From assembly GCA_963705255.1 (NCBI GenBank), contig OY970061.1, positions 1,152,001 to 1,216,000 on the forward strand: 64,000 bases of DNA. Direction: 5' to 3'. This DNA is from an uncultured Methanoregulaceae archaeon (GTDB taxonomy: Archaea; Halobacteriota; Methanomicrobia; Methanomicrobiales; Methanospirillaceae). Below the pieces are notes generated by a model. It worked only from the letters and a program-made list of their open reading frames with translations, ran no database searches and was not told the DNA's origin. A program made the position numbers and the translations under genes. Within the stretch, counting starts at the first letter, position 1. Every line of letters starts with the position of its first letter. Below, in pieces: positions 31,448 to 41,520 of the stretch.

Positions 31448-32023
31448 ATGTTTATCACCGTCAACTGCCCGGACTGCAATGATGAGACCGAGCACGAGAT
31501 CGTCTCCGAATCACGCGACCTGCTCGTCCGCTGCACGGTCTGCGGCCACCACCAGAGAGTACAAAAAGAGCGCGAACCACCGGCCCTTTTGATCAAGGCC
31601 ATTGTCTCGAAAGAGGGGACGTCCCGCGTCTGCGGGATCGAGTTTGCCGAGGAAGACGAGTGCAACGTCGACGACCACCTTGTGGCTGAGTGCGGCGACG
31701 ACGCGTTTGGAGTTGAGGTCACGGCGATCGAGTGCGGGGACAAACGGGTGAAACGGGCGAAAGCACCTGAGATCACAACGCTCTGGACCCGGGCGATCGA
31801 GCAGGTTGTCGTGAAAATTTCGATCCACGACGGCCGGAAGACGATTCCGGTCTATATGGAATGCGACGGGGAACAGCCGTTTGTTGTCGGGGAGATGTAT
31901 GTCGTCTCCGGCAAACGGTTCAGGATCTCCCACCTCAAGCTCCGCGACGGTCCCCTGATGAGAAAGGAGGGGTGGAAGACCGTCGCCCACCGGGTCAGGC
32001 GCATCTACGGCTACCGGTTATAG
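31448..32023 (+). CDS. Archaeal zinc-finger protein (HVO_0476-like)
   Basis: CPDC..ETEHEIV..VRCTVCGH, EVTAIE, TLWTRAI, RRIYG. Confidence 0.85.
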   Translation: MFITVNCPDCNDETEHEIVSESRDLLVRCTVCGHHQRVQKEREPPALLIKAIVSKEGTSRVCGIEFAEEDECNVDDHLVAECGDDAFGVEVTAIECGDKRVKRAKAPEITTLWTRAIEQVVVKISIHDGRKTIPVYMECDGEQPFVVGEMYVVSGKRFRISHLKLRDGPLMRKEGWKTVAHRVRRIYGYRL

Positions 32024-32278
32024 ATATTTTTTGAGGACCTCTTCGAGCTTCTCTGCGTGCACCACTCCTTCGAACCGCTCTTTTACCGTGCCGTCCTGGA
32101 TGACCACGATGGTCGGTGTCGCCTTCAGCTGGTATTCCTTGATGTACCGGGGGTTCCTGACCGCATCGATCTCCTCGATCGTGATACCGAGAGCTTTTCC
32201 CACTTCGGCATTGATCGGAGACTGTTCCATACACCCCATACATCCCGGCTGGTAAAAACAGAGTACACGCAGTGCCAT
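32018..32278 (-). CDS. Thioredoxin-family protein
   Basis: CMGC redox motif and cis-Pro TPT. Confidence 0.88.
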   Translation of the reverse strand: MALRVLCFYQPGCMGCMEQSPINAEVGKALGITIEEIDAVRNPRYIKEYQLKATPTIVVIQDGTVKERFEGVVHAEKLEEVLKKYL

Positions 32279-32320
32279 GAAGATGAATGGGCAGGGGCGA
32301 TAAAAAGAGTATGGGTCGGA

Positions 32321-33019
32321 TCAGTGACTGTTGATGGACGTTACCGTGATATCGGCAGCGGGATACCCGAAGTCCACCGAGACACCGGTCCTGTTACCCG
32401 CCGTTATTACCTGGGTTACCTGTCCAAAGCGGATATAAGCTGACGAGGCATTTGCAACCGCCAGTTGGCGGGTGTCCGATACTGCCATGGCAAGGGTTTC
32501 ACCGACCGAGAGTTCACTGATATTGACATTGTTATGCTGGAGCGACGCCTCCGGGAAGAAATCGGTCAGCATGCTGTTACCCGGAAAAGAGATCCGCTTC
32601 TTTTCATTGGCTTTCATGCCGACGACCCCGGAACTGATCGCATTGTCCTCGGATGAGAATATGGCAAACTGCTGGCTCCACCCGTTTCTGGTTGTATATA
32701 TCTGGACGGGATAGACATTTCCGGGCCATGACTGGTTGGCTGCAAGGGTTATCTGCTTTGCAAAGATCAATCCCGTACCGCTTTTGATTGCCTGGTTGTA
32801 TTGCGAAGCGTCCGTGGTAATCAGGGGGTTCCCGTTCACATCGTAGATGGTGTAATCGACAACTACGGAATCCCCGGGTTTAACCGTCGCGAAACTGGAG
32901 ATCCAGCTGGTCCCCATGGCAGATACCACCATCAGGACGACAAAGAGAACTCCTGCAATGACAGCGATTACCTTGGTCCACATTTTGGCCGATGCCTCTT
33001 TCTTTTTCTTTTCACCCAT
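32321..33019 (-). CDS. Membrane-anchored FKBP/SlyD-like protein
   Basis: N-terminal TM helix, then KPGDSVVVDYT, VVGMKANEKKRI, VSVDF. Confidence 0.6.
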   Translation of the reverse strand: MGEKKKKEASAKMWTKVIAVIAGVLFVVLMVVSAMGTSWISSFATVKPGDSVVVDYTIYDVNGNPLITTDASQYNQAIKSGTGLIFAKQITLAANQSWPGNVYPVQIYTTRNGWSQQFAIFSSEDNAISSGVVGMKANEKKRISFPGNSMLTDFFPEASLQHNNVNISELSVGETLAMAVSDTRQLAVANASSAYIRFGQVTQVITAGNRTGVSVDFGYPAADITVTSINSH

Positions 33020-33126
33020 ACAAAACGTACCTCCCTACTACATCGGAACCAAACGGTCATAAACTATTCCGCGTGTTTCCCGGTTCTACCGATGTTTTTT
33101 AGTATCCTGCGCCAAAGACTGTACGG

Positions 33127-33911
33127 ATGGACAAGAAAAAGGTCAGGGACTACATGACCTACGATGTCGTCAGTATCGGTTTTCACGGTTCCGTAAAAGA
33201 CGTCATCGAAAAGATCCAGAAGACCCATCACGACGGCTTCCCGGTAATGGACGGGGATGTCGTGGTCGGCTACGTATCAGCCCGTGACCTTTTGTTCGTC
33301 CAGCCGGAAACTCCGGTCGGCCAGGTCATGTCCGCCAACCTCATCGTTGCCGACCCGGAGATGGACATCAATGATGCGGCACGGGTCATATTCCGGAGCG
33401 GCATCCAGAAACTGCCGGTTGTCGACGAGAAGAACCATCTGATCGGTATCATCTCCAACTCCGATGTCATCCGCTCCCAGATCGAGCACGTATCCCCGGA
33501 AAAGGTGTTCAATTTCATCACCACCCTCAAGAAGCTGTACGGGTCGATCCCACCCTTGACCGGGGGACGGTGCCGGTCAAGGACCTCCTCCCGACCCAGT
33601 CGAAGATCTACGAGGACGAACTCGAAGGGAGGATCTACGAGATCAAGAAAGGGCTCGCCGAACCGATCATCGTCGTAAAGCGGCCGGGAAGGATTATTCT
33701 TGTCGACGGCCACCACCGGGCCGTTGCCGCAAAAAGGCTCGGGATCACGGCTCTCGACGCGTACATCATCGAGATAAAAGAGGACATCGAGCTTGGCATG
33801 GAGCGGACAGCTACTGCCATGAACCTGAAGACGCTGGACGACATCCAGGTGCTCGATTACGCCCGCCACCCGCTCGTAGCGATCACCCACCGCCTGGTCA
33901 AACGGGCTTAA
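33127..33911 (+). CDS. CBS-pair plus ParB-like domain protein (frameshift near 33543)
   Basis: Two CBS domains then LLPTQSKIY..EPIIVV..LVDGHHR. Confidence 0.9.
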
Positions 33912-33917
33912 CGCCCG

Positions 33918-34140
33918 TTTTCCCACTCACAGGACTGATGTCCTGTTCGTTGGTGAAAAGAGTCTGACGACTCTTTTTCCACTCACAGGACTGATGTCCT
34001 GTTCGTTACTCAAAAAAGCCTGATGACACCTTCACCACTCATCGCAATACAACCTGTTCGCAGTCCATGATTTCCTGACGAGAATCTTCTCCACTCAAAG
34101 GTCGTTACGCAACCGGTTCGTAGTCCAGGATTTCTGATGA
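33918..34140. repeat. Degenerate 56-bp tandem array of hairpin modules
   Basis: CCACTCA at 33923, 33979, 34035, 34091; CTGAYGA at 33964, 34020, 34075, 34134. Confidence 0.8.
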
Positions 34141-34255
34141 TACTCCATAATAAGATGTGAATAAAGAGAGAAAATATTTTTAATGAATGTATTTTAATAA
34201 GAGACTGAAGCGCGGGATGCAAACTATTAAAATACCATGATATAATCATGGATTC

Positions 34256-34661
34256 ATGAAAAAAACTACAGAAATCATTCTGCTGATCTCAGTCATCGTG
34301 ATTGCTTTTGTGGTAATTTATTTCGTAGTGCCCGGCTCCACTGTTCCAGCATCATCAAATACCTATACTGCCCCGGCAGCAGCGCACCCGGTCGTGGAGA
34401 TTATCGATACGACAGCGGGCTTGACATCCTATGGAGCTCCGGAATTTTACGGGATGGTGAAGTCCAATACCGGGACCCCGGTGACCGCCGATATCAGCTG
34501 CCGAAATTTATGACGAGTCGGGCAGAGTGCAACTGGCAAACGGGGACAGCCAGGTCAGTATAGCCCCGTACGGGCAGTCTCCATACGAGGTAATTATCCA
34601 TAAATATAACAACATCCCGCAGAACTGGGAATACAGGATCTTCGTTGAGGATGTATACTGA
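34256..34661 (+). CDS. Secreted/membrane-anchored Ig-like (FxLYD-like) protein (frameshift near 34500)
   Basis: Signal anchor, GMVKSNT, then shifted AEIYDESG..IAPYGQSPYEV..WEYRIFVEDVY. Confidence 0.6.
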
Positions 34662-34753
34662 TTATGCCGCCTTTTCCCAATTTCCAGGCTTTGTTGAAAT
34701 CCTCAAACAAACAAGCAGTCGCTCTTGGGGGCTCCAGCATTTCATGCTTCCGC

Positions 34754-34938
34754 CCCCGCCGCTGGGGCATCCCCCATATCGGGATAGTTCCTCAGAAGGT
34801 TAATGAAAAAAACCGAAATAACGGGGGTCAAGGGGACGCTCCCCTTGGGATGCCTCCCCGCTGGGGGAGAGAGGGGGTCACCCTCCTAACCGCAGGAGAG
34901 TATAAGCAAATGATCAGAAAAATAGGGTTTCAACAGAG
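34754..34938 (+). mobile_element. ~190 bp MITE-like dispersed repeat, copy without insert
   Basis: Near-identical to the reverse complement of 54397-54637 apart from a ~55 bp insert there; diverged copy at 10815-11075. Confidence 0.75.
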
Positions 34939-35272
34939 CCAATTTCCAATAGTTATTCTCCATAACAATCTGACTTTTCTTACGAGAATCCTCCTCACGG
35001 GCGAGCGCAAAACCCGGGAGGTACCTGTCGTCCTACCTGCGAGGACTGACTCGGGAGGGCTATCCTTCGAGAGCTGAGTGGTTTGCCAGTAAGTCGAAGG
35101 CCGGATGATGCCGTCCTTCTCCTCGTCGAGGTTTTGACAAAACTCTCCAACCACGAAGCAGGGAAGCCGTCAGGCTTCGACTCGTTGTATGCGAAGGGCT
35201 GTCACGTTTAAAGAGATGAAGAACAGACCCGGATGCAAAAGGGCAACTATCCGCATCAGCAAGAGAAAAAAC

Positions 35273-36450
35273 TCACGACCCTTCGTACCGCACATCGAAC
35301 TTCTCGTTCAGGACATGTTCTTTCACGATGGTCCCGTCCGTGATCACAACCTCTGGCCAGAGCCGGGTCTTGGAGTGGACGACCACTCGGTCCCGGAGGA
35401 CGACACGGGGTCCGATGACCGTATCGTTCTCTATGCTGCACCGCTCGCCGATGTGAGTGTCGTTGTCCATGATGCTCCCCGAGATCGTGCTGTTCCCCCC
35501 GATGATCACCCGGTTGTAGAGCGAGGACGAGAAGATCTTCACGTTGTTCCGTATGATGCACTTCTCCCCGATACTCGTGTACGGGCCGATCAGCACGTTG
35601 TCCCCGATGGTCGTTCCCGGGCCGATCGCGACCGGGCCGATGACCTTGGTGTTCTTGCCCAGCGTGATGGAGTCCCCGAGCTGGACCGGCCCCGGATCTG
35701 CGCCCCGTGCATGGAAAGGTTCCCGATGATGTCGGTGAACTCGATATCCTGCAGCTTCCATCGCTCGGCCTGCCGGAGGGAGGAGGGGCTCCCGACATCC
35801 GTCCAGTTGCCGCGGGCAAGCCAGCCTTTCAGGGAATGCCCCCCCTCCATCAGATTGGGAAAGAGGTCGCGGGCAAAGTCGTATTTCGTGCCGACCGGAA
35901 TATGGTCGAAAATTTCCGGGCTGCAGACGTACATCCCGGTACTGGCAAGGTTCGAGAAGATCTCGCCGGGAGAAGGTTTTTCCTTGAACCGCTTTATCTC
36001 GTACCCGACATCGATCTCGGCGATACCGTATTCGCCCGGGTCCTCGATGGAGATCAGGCCGATGGTTGCGGTGGGCTTCAGCTTCTGGTGGGCGCGATAG
36101 AATTCCAGCATATTCAGGTCGGTCACATGGTCGCCGCCGACGACGAGGAAATCCTGCCCGTCGAGATATTTCTGGGCGTTCTTGACGCTGCCGGCGGTAC
36201 CCAGTTTGCTCTCCTCATGGACGTACGTGATCTCGGCGCCGAAGAGGGAGCCGTCGCCGAGCGCCTCCTCGATGGCCTCCCCCATGTACCCGAGCGTGAG
36301 CACGATCTCGCGGAAGCCCATGTTCGTCAGGTGTGCGACAAGGTGCTGGATCGAGGGACGGTTGACGATGGGGATGCAGGGCTTCGGCCGTTCGAACGTG
36401 AGGGGGCGGAGGCGCGTCCCCTCGCCCCCGCACATGATACACACCTTCAT
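35273..36450 (-). CDS. Sugar-1-phosphate nucleotidyltransferase with hexapeptide LbH tail (frameshift near 35690)
   Basis: MCGGEGTRLRPLT..PKP, LGTAGSV, FKEKP, WTDVG, hexapeptide repeats. Confidence 0.92.
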
Positions 36451-36674
36451 GGTACGTACTGGGTTCGTGCTGAATTGTTTTAAGACTAATGTTTTTTGTG
36501 CTTTGGAGAAAGCATCGGTATTTGTTGTCGATGCCCTTCAGGAAGATTGCTGTCCCCGGAGGAAGGAACAGGCTGGAGAAAAATCCGGAGGGTTTTTCGA
36601 ATAATGTGCGTTTTCTATGAAGATCGTACTATTCAGATATCACGCAACGTGGTCCCTCTTTTACCATTGCGATG

Positions 36675-36915
36675 AACGCCGCCGCAGTCGAAGATTGATA
36701 TCTTCTCCACAGCCTGCGGCTGTCCCCGGCGGGGAGCCAGCCATGACCAGATGGTCGGGGCTGGCTGAAGAAAATTCTATAAAGAATTTTCGACTCGCCC
36801 CCGCGGCGGATCAGAACGTTGAAAAACAAGAAGGGTAACCGAACTTGCCCCGTTGTGCAGCGAAGAACCCTGACGAGTTCTTCTCGAATTCGTGGTTCTG
36901 ACGAACCACTCATTC
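36675..36915. repeat. Cluster of TGAY-loop hairpins
   Basis: TC-GAAGAT-TGAT-ATCTTC-TC, GAAAATTCT-ATAA-AGAATTTTC, GAAGAACCC-TGAC-GAGTTCTTC, TC-GTGGTTC-TGAC-GAACCAC-TC. Confidence 0.75.
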
Positions 36916-37077
36916 CTCGGAGAGGCCCTGAGGCGGGGAGCTCTCATGACTGGACAATTTTCATGGTTATTGTATGAATTCTTATTCATTCCGATTTCTG
37001 CCGAACCCGTTTCCGGTACATTCTTTGGTTTTATATGGTTACGGGAGAAATACAATTCCATCAGGACCGATGCGATC

Positions 37078-37344
37078 ATGGGCGACGATGAGAACCGTAT
37101 CCTGCCGGTAACCGACGGGCGGGTCCAGTGCCTTCCGGACAAGAGAGAGCCGGTCGGGAACTGCAGTTTCTGCATCCACTGCAGGGAGTTTGAGATCGGG
37201 GGGAAATTCGTGAAGTCCCCGTCCCTCGCCTACTGTACAAAGTGCCGGGTTACCGAAAAGGTCGACCTGGCAAAGGCCCGGGCCGTGAAATGCGCCGACC
37301 GCCAGGGTGAAGGGTTCCACAGTATTACGAGTATTATCAGCTGA
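37078..37344 (+). CDS. Small Cys-rich hypothetical protein
   Basis: C..CSFCIHC..CTKC..C pattern; TTTATAT box upstream. Confidence 0.65.
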   Translation: MGDDENRILPVTDGRVQCLPDKREPVGNCSFCIHCREFEIGGKFVKSPSLAYCTKCRVTEKVDLAKARAVKCADRQGEGFHSITSIIS

Positions 37345-37365
37345 TCATTGCCCGGGGACGGAGTT

Positions 37366-38807
37366 TCAGTTTTTTACGAGCGCAACAATCGCATCCATAT
37401 CCACATGCTTTTCGAAGACATCTGCAAGCAGGTCGTACGGGTCTGCAACGGTTGCGGGGATGGGTTCGAACGGGAGCCCCTTCTTTTCGTGCAGGTAGGA
37501 GAGCAGGGCGTTTGCCGCGGACGGGTTGAGGAAGAGACCATGCATGTAGGTCCCGAAGACGAGCCCGTCGCTGCTCACCCGTCCGTCACCGCAGAGTGCC
37601 TCGCCGCAGCTGCCCGGTTCTGTCACGCCCATGTGTATCTCGTACCCGCTCACGGTTCCCATGCCGGAGAGGATGGGGGGCACGGCCGCGGCTTCCCTCG
37701 TCACCTGGGTCGTATTTTTCTCGTATGATGCAAAGTGCGTGGCACAGTCCAGCAGCCCCAGCCCGGCATAGGTCCCGGCAGCGGATTCGAACCCGGCATC
37801 GATGAGCGTCGTACCCAGCATCTGGTACCCCCCGCAGATCCCGATAATAGGCACCCCGCGTTCACGGGCCTCCCCCAGTTCGCGGTCAGTGCCCGCAGCG
37901 ATCAGGACCTGCAGGTCCTCGATGGTATTTTTGGTACCGGGAATGATGACGCAGTCAAAACCATCGAGAGGGGCACCGGGCGGCACGTAGTCTACGGAGG
38001 CATGCTGCTCGAGGAGCTCGAAGTCCGTGAAATTGGAGATCCGGGGGAGTCGGATGACCGCTATCCGCACACCGCTGCTTCCGGCTCTCTTGTCGCCGAT
38101 CGAGAGGGAGTCCTCGCTCGGCAGCGGGAGCGGGACATGGGGCACCACCCCCAGCACCGGGATCCCGCAGAGCTCCTCTATCGTGTCTATTCCCGGGGCA
38201 AAAATGGACGGGTCCCCCCGGAACTTGTTGATGATGATCCCCCTCACCAGCGGGCGGATCTCTTCGGGTAGGAGCATCAGCGTGCCCCACACCTGTGCGA
38301 AGACTCCGCCCCGCTCGATATCGGCGACGAGGACCATGGGGATGCGGAGCTCTTTTGCGAGGAGGGTGTTGGCGATGTCCCGGTCGTACAGGTTCAGTTC
38401 CGCTGCCCCCCGGCTCCTTCCACGACGACATTCCCGTAGGCGACCTCCAGGCGTGCATAGGACTCGAGCGCCTTTGCAAGAAGTTCCGGAGTCTCCCGGT
38501 AATACTCGGTGATAGGAACGTCCTTGTAGGGCCGCCCGTTCAGGACGACCTGCGAGACGCAGTCCCCCTTGGGTTTGAGGAGGACCGGGTTCATGTCGGT
38601 ATGGGGGGCAAGCTTCGCTGCGAACGCCTGCATCGCCTGGGCCATCCCGATCTCGCCGCCCTCCGGCGTGACATAGGAGTTAAGGCTCATGTTCTGGGAC
38701 TTGAACGGAGCCACGGAGATCCCGCGCCGGACCAGGCAGCGGCAGATGGCAGCGACTGTGACACTCTTGCCGACATGGGATGCTGTGCCCACCACAAACA
38801 ACGACAT
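37366..38807 (-). CDS. cobQ: Cobyric acid synthase (frameshift near 38408)
   Basis: [51 protein letters not shown]. Confidence 0.95.
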
Positions 38808-38980
38808 ACCGTCCGTATAGTGTATGCATGGATCATAAAAACAGATGCCCATAAGGGGTCTGGAGGGATACCGGGACATGGAACAAAACGCTGACAGCTC
38901 CCGGCTACCATGGGATGACACGCCGGATTTCCTTCGGCAATGCCAAGTAATAAATAAAGAGAAACGTAAAAATACAAGTA

Positions 38981-39286
38981 ATGATTGGTGGGATTTGCCC
39001 GACGTGTGGACTTCCAAAAGAGTTATGCATCTGTGAGGAGGTTGCAAAAGAACAGCAGCGGATCAATGTCAAAGTGAACAAACGCCGTTACGGAAAAGAG
39101 GTTACGGTTATCGAAGGGCTTGATCCGACCGATATCGACCTTGAGGACCTTTCCAAATATATGAAAGGAAAACTCGCCTGCGGGGGGACCGTCAAGGGGA
39201 ACTCCATAGAACTGCAGGGAAACCACCGGGACAGGGTGAAGGAACTCCTGTCCCTCAAGGGGTACAGCATCGAAAATATTTCGTAA
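38981..39286 (+). CDS. Translation initiation factor SUI1/aIF1 homologue
   Basis: [35 protein letters not shown]. Confidence 0.94.
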   Translation: MIGGICPTCGLPKELCICEEVAKEQQRINVKVNKRRYGKEVTVIEGLDPTDIDLEDLSKYMKGKLACGGTVKGNSIELQGNHRDRVKELLSLKGYSIENIS

Positions 39287-39374
39287 GCAACGGATCTTTT
39301 TTCTTTTTTTGAATTTGAGTTTGGTTGAACGGCTAATCTGGTGCGTTTTTTCCCGTGTAACAATGATGATGCCG

Positions 39375-39532
39375 GCCGTCGCCCCCCGGTAGATCCGGAT
39401 GATGTAGCCGGAGAGAGGTATTCCAAGGAGAATCGTTCCGGGGATTAGTCTGATCCACCGGTCCGTTCGTTCATATACACCTTCTTTTGCATACGCAAAT
39501 GCGTCGTGCACCATCCTGTCGTAATCTGCCAA
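39375..39532 (-). pseudogene. 5' fragment of a DUF4013-like membrane protein
   Basis: DYDRMVHDAFAYAKEG..RWIRLI..LSGYIIRIYRG, then similarity is lost. Confidence 0.55.
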
Positions 39533-39627
39533 CTGGTTCACCTGTCTGCTGTGGACGCTTTTTGGTTACGCCGATCTTTTGTCCGCATCGAAATATTAGA
39601 CTAAATTTATTAAATATTTGTAATTGT

Positions 39628-39717
39628 GGTTCTGGTGCGTTAACGGGACTCAGTAAAAATTATTCTCTCGTAGTCGATTCCGACCAATATTTAAGAGTCT
39701 CGAAGATGCACCAGAAC
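39628..39717. mobile_element. MITE-like element with imperfect GTTCTGGTGC terminal inverted repeats
   Basis: GTTCTGGTGCGTTAACGGGACTC ... GAGTCTCGAAGATGCACCAGAAC. Confidence 0.5.
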
Positions 39718-39766
39718 TCTTTTTAGAATATGTATATATATATCGTAATAAAAGAAAAACCAGTTC

Positions 39767-40009
39767 ATGAAAAAAATTATTATCATTATTTTGATTATAA
39801 TATTCGTTCTTGTTGCTGGATGCGATAGTTCTGTGGGTTCGGCATTTAATCAAACAATAAATGCCTTCTGCAATAATTGGCCAAAGAATACGTGGAATCC
39901 TTGTTCAACATTACTATCTCTAAATAATCAAATAAATATTACGAACTCCTCGGCTGAAGAATTGGTTGATAAATTTGAATCCTTGTTCAATATCACCATC
40001 TCCAAATAA
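39767..40009 (+). CDS. Small AT-rich lipoprotein-like ORF, possibly truncated
   Basis: MKK-hydrophobic-LVAGC lipobox. Confidence 0.5.
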   Translation: MKKIIIIILIIIFVLVAGCDSSVGSAFNQTINAFCNNWPKNTWNPCSTLLSLNNQINITNSSAEELVDKFESLFNITISK

Positions 40010-40059
40010 TGAATAAATATTATGAAATCCTTGACCTCTATTAAGGCTTTATTATAGTG

Positions 40060-40137
40060 GGTTCTGATAAGTTAGCGTTGATGACCGATTTTTCACCTTA
40101 TTAAAAATACCTTACCAACCATCAACTTATCAGAACC
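40060..40137. mobile_element. 78-bp element with perfect 14-bp terminal inverted repeats
   Basis: GGTTCTGATAAGTT (40060-40073) / AACTTATCAGAACC (40124-40137). Confidence 0.55.
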
Positions 40138-40316
40138 ATTCGTGGTAATCCAGGTTTCATGTCGGTTCCGCGCTCAATTTCCCGTGATGTAACTTCTGGG
40201 GCACCCGCAAGAAACACCAGCACTTTTGCAACTTTTTTCTGCATCCCAATCTCGATTAAGAGATTAACGAACTCTTCTTCCTTCTCGGTAAAATATTGGA
40301 CGCTTTCCCGTCTCAT
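40122..40316 (-). pseudogene. Truncated HTH transcriptional regulator
   Basis: FTEKEEEFVNLLIEIG..VAKVLVFL..TSREIERGTD breaks off mid-HTH next to the inverted-repeat element. Confidence 0.7.
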
Positions 40317-40344
40317 GGCATCACGAGACTTTTCCGGGTCGCTT

Positions 40345-40475
40345 GGTTCTGATGCATTGTCGTGGTTTCACTATGGAACAAAGAGAATTCGCTGCTTTGA
40401 GGTCTCATAAAACAGACTGAGTAGTCAGGAACTATTTTGAAAGAAAATATGAAAGCCCCGAAGATGCACAAGAAC
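40345..40475. repeat. ~130 bp element homologous to 45676-45808
   Basis: GGTTCTGATGCATTGTCGTGGTTTCACTATGGAACAAAGAGAATT vs GGTTCTGGTGCGTTGTCGTGGCTTCATTATGAAACATAGAGAATT. Confidence 0.7.
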
Positions 40476-40555
40476 AGCTGACTCGAATGTACACGGTCAT
40501 TTTTTCCCGCTTCTCTGCGGAGCCCGGCGCCCCGCTGCACTCTGTCTTACTATCA

Positions 40556-41407
40556 TCACGCTCGCTTTTTCCTATGAGGATGTGGAGAAAAGGGAAAATC
40601 CTCCCCATCGATGAGTCGCCTCCAGTTGAACTGGCTGAAGAGTTTCATCTGGAGGACCGCTCCCTTGTTACGGGTATTGAGGACCGAAACCGTACTGGAG
40701 AAAAACGGCGGTATCATGAGGAGTTCCTCGTCATCAACGATCAATTCGAGCGTATTTTCGACTCTCATTAGTTTATGGATCTCCTCAAATTCCGGGGGTG
40801 CAAATGGTGGCGGGACACCGAATTTTTCCGAAGGGATAACATGAATATCCGCGTTCTTTCCCGGGAACTGTTCCCGCAGTTTTTTCTCAAGATCCGGTGC
40901 ATCGGATATCACGATAAGCTGCAGGGAAATATCCTTTATCCGTATATTTTCAATGAACGGAAGGTATCGCTCTCCAATCATGCACCGGATATGGCTTTTT
41001 GCCTTCCCGAAAAGGTCACGGATCTTATACTCGATGCTCTTATCGCCATAAATGGTCCAGAGGGCCTCCTCTTTTTCGGTTTGCACCTTCTCCGTTTCCA
41101 GTTTTTCCAGTGCCGCCAGTGCCAGATCGGCTGCCTTCTTATGGTTGCCCATGAGCAGGTCAATGGCCATCTGAGGTGAAACCGCGCTGTACCGTGCCGG
41201 TTTTGAGACTTTTTTTACGGCCAGTCCCATTTCCGCCAGGTGATTCAGCGCCTCGTACACGCTTGGCTTTGAGATGGAGAGATATTCGACAAGATCTTTT
41301 GCTTCTGCGTTGTCGTACAGGACCAATGCGGCGTACACGCTTGCTTCATAGTTGGACAACCCGAGATCGTTGAGCGATTTTATGAGGGCTGCGGGAATGC
41401 TCTCCAT
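40556..41407 (-). CDS. TrmB-family transcriptional regulator
   Basis: LGLSNYEASVYAAL..ISKPSVYEALNHL..KPARYSAVSP. Confidence 0.92.
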   Translation of the reverse strand: MESIPAALIKSLNDLGLSNYEASVYAALVLYDNAEAKDLVEYLSISKPSVYEALNHLAEMGLAVKKVSKPARYSAVSPQMAIDLLMGNHKKAADLALAALEKLETEKVQTEKEEALWTIYGDKSIEYKIRDLFGKAKSHIRCMIGERYLPFIENIRIKDISLQLIVISDAPDLEKKLREQFPGKNADIHVIPSEKFGVPPPFAPPEFEEIHKLMRVENTLELIVDDEELLMIPPFFSSTVSVLNTRNKGAVLQMKLFSQFNWRRLIDGEDFPFSPHPHRKKRA

Positions 41408-41498
41408 ATGATCAATAATAATCACCGAGTTGTTAAAAATTTAACTACTTCGATGAATACATTTTTTAAGTCTTGGATAAAACCATAGTAAAACAGAT

Positions 41499-41520
41499 TG
41501 TAGTAAAAAAAATTACTACA
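41499..41520. promoter_or_regulatory. Candidate TrmB operator
   Basis: Perfect inverted repeat TGTAGTAA-N6-TTACTACA between divergent trmB and the ABC operon. Confidence 0.6.

Noticed and set aside
33960-34140. Hammerhead ribozymes suggested by CTGATGA/CTGACGA
   Set aside because: No downstream stem II-GAAA and matching cleavage triplet architecture; the motif is the loop of a simple hairpin
34664-35077. Paralogous small proteins (34664..35077, 54342..54590, 10723..10938, 60320..60665)
   Set aside because: Translations of the non-coding repeats; reading frames are not preserved between copies
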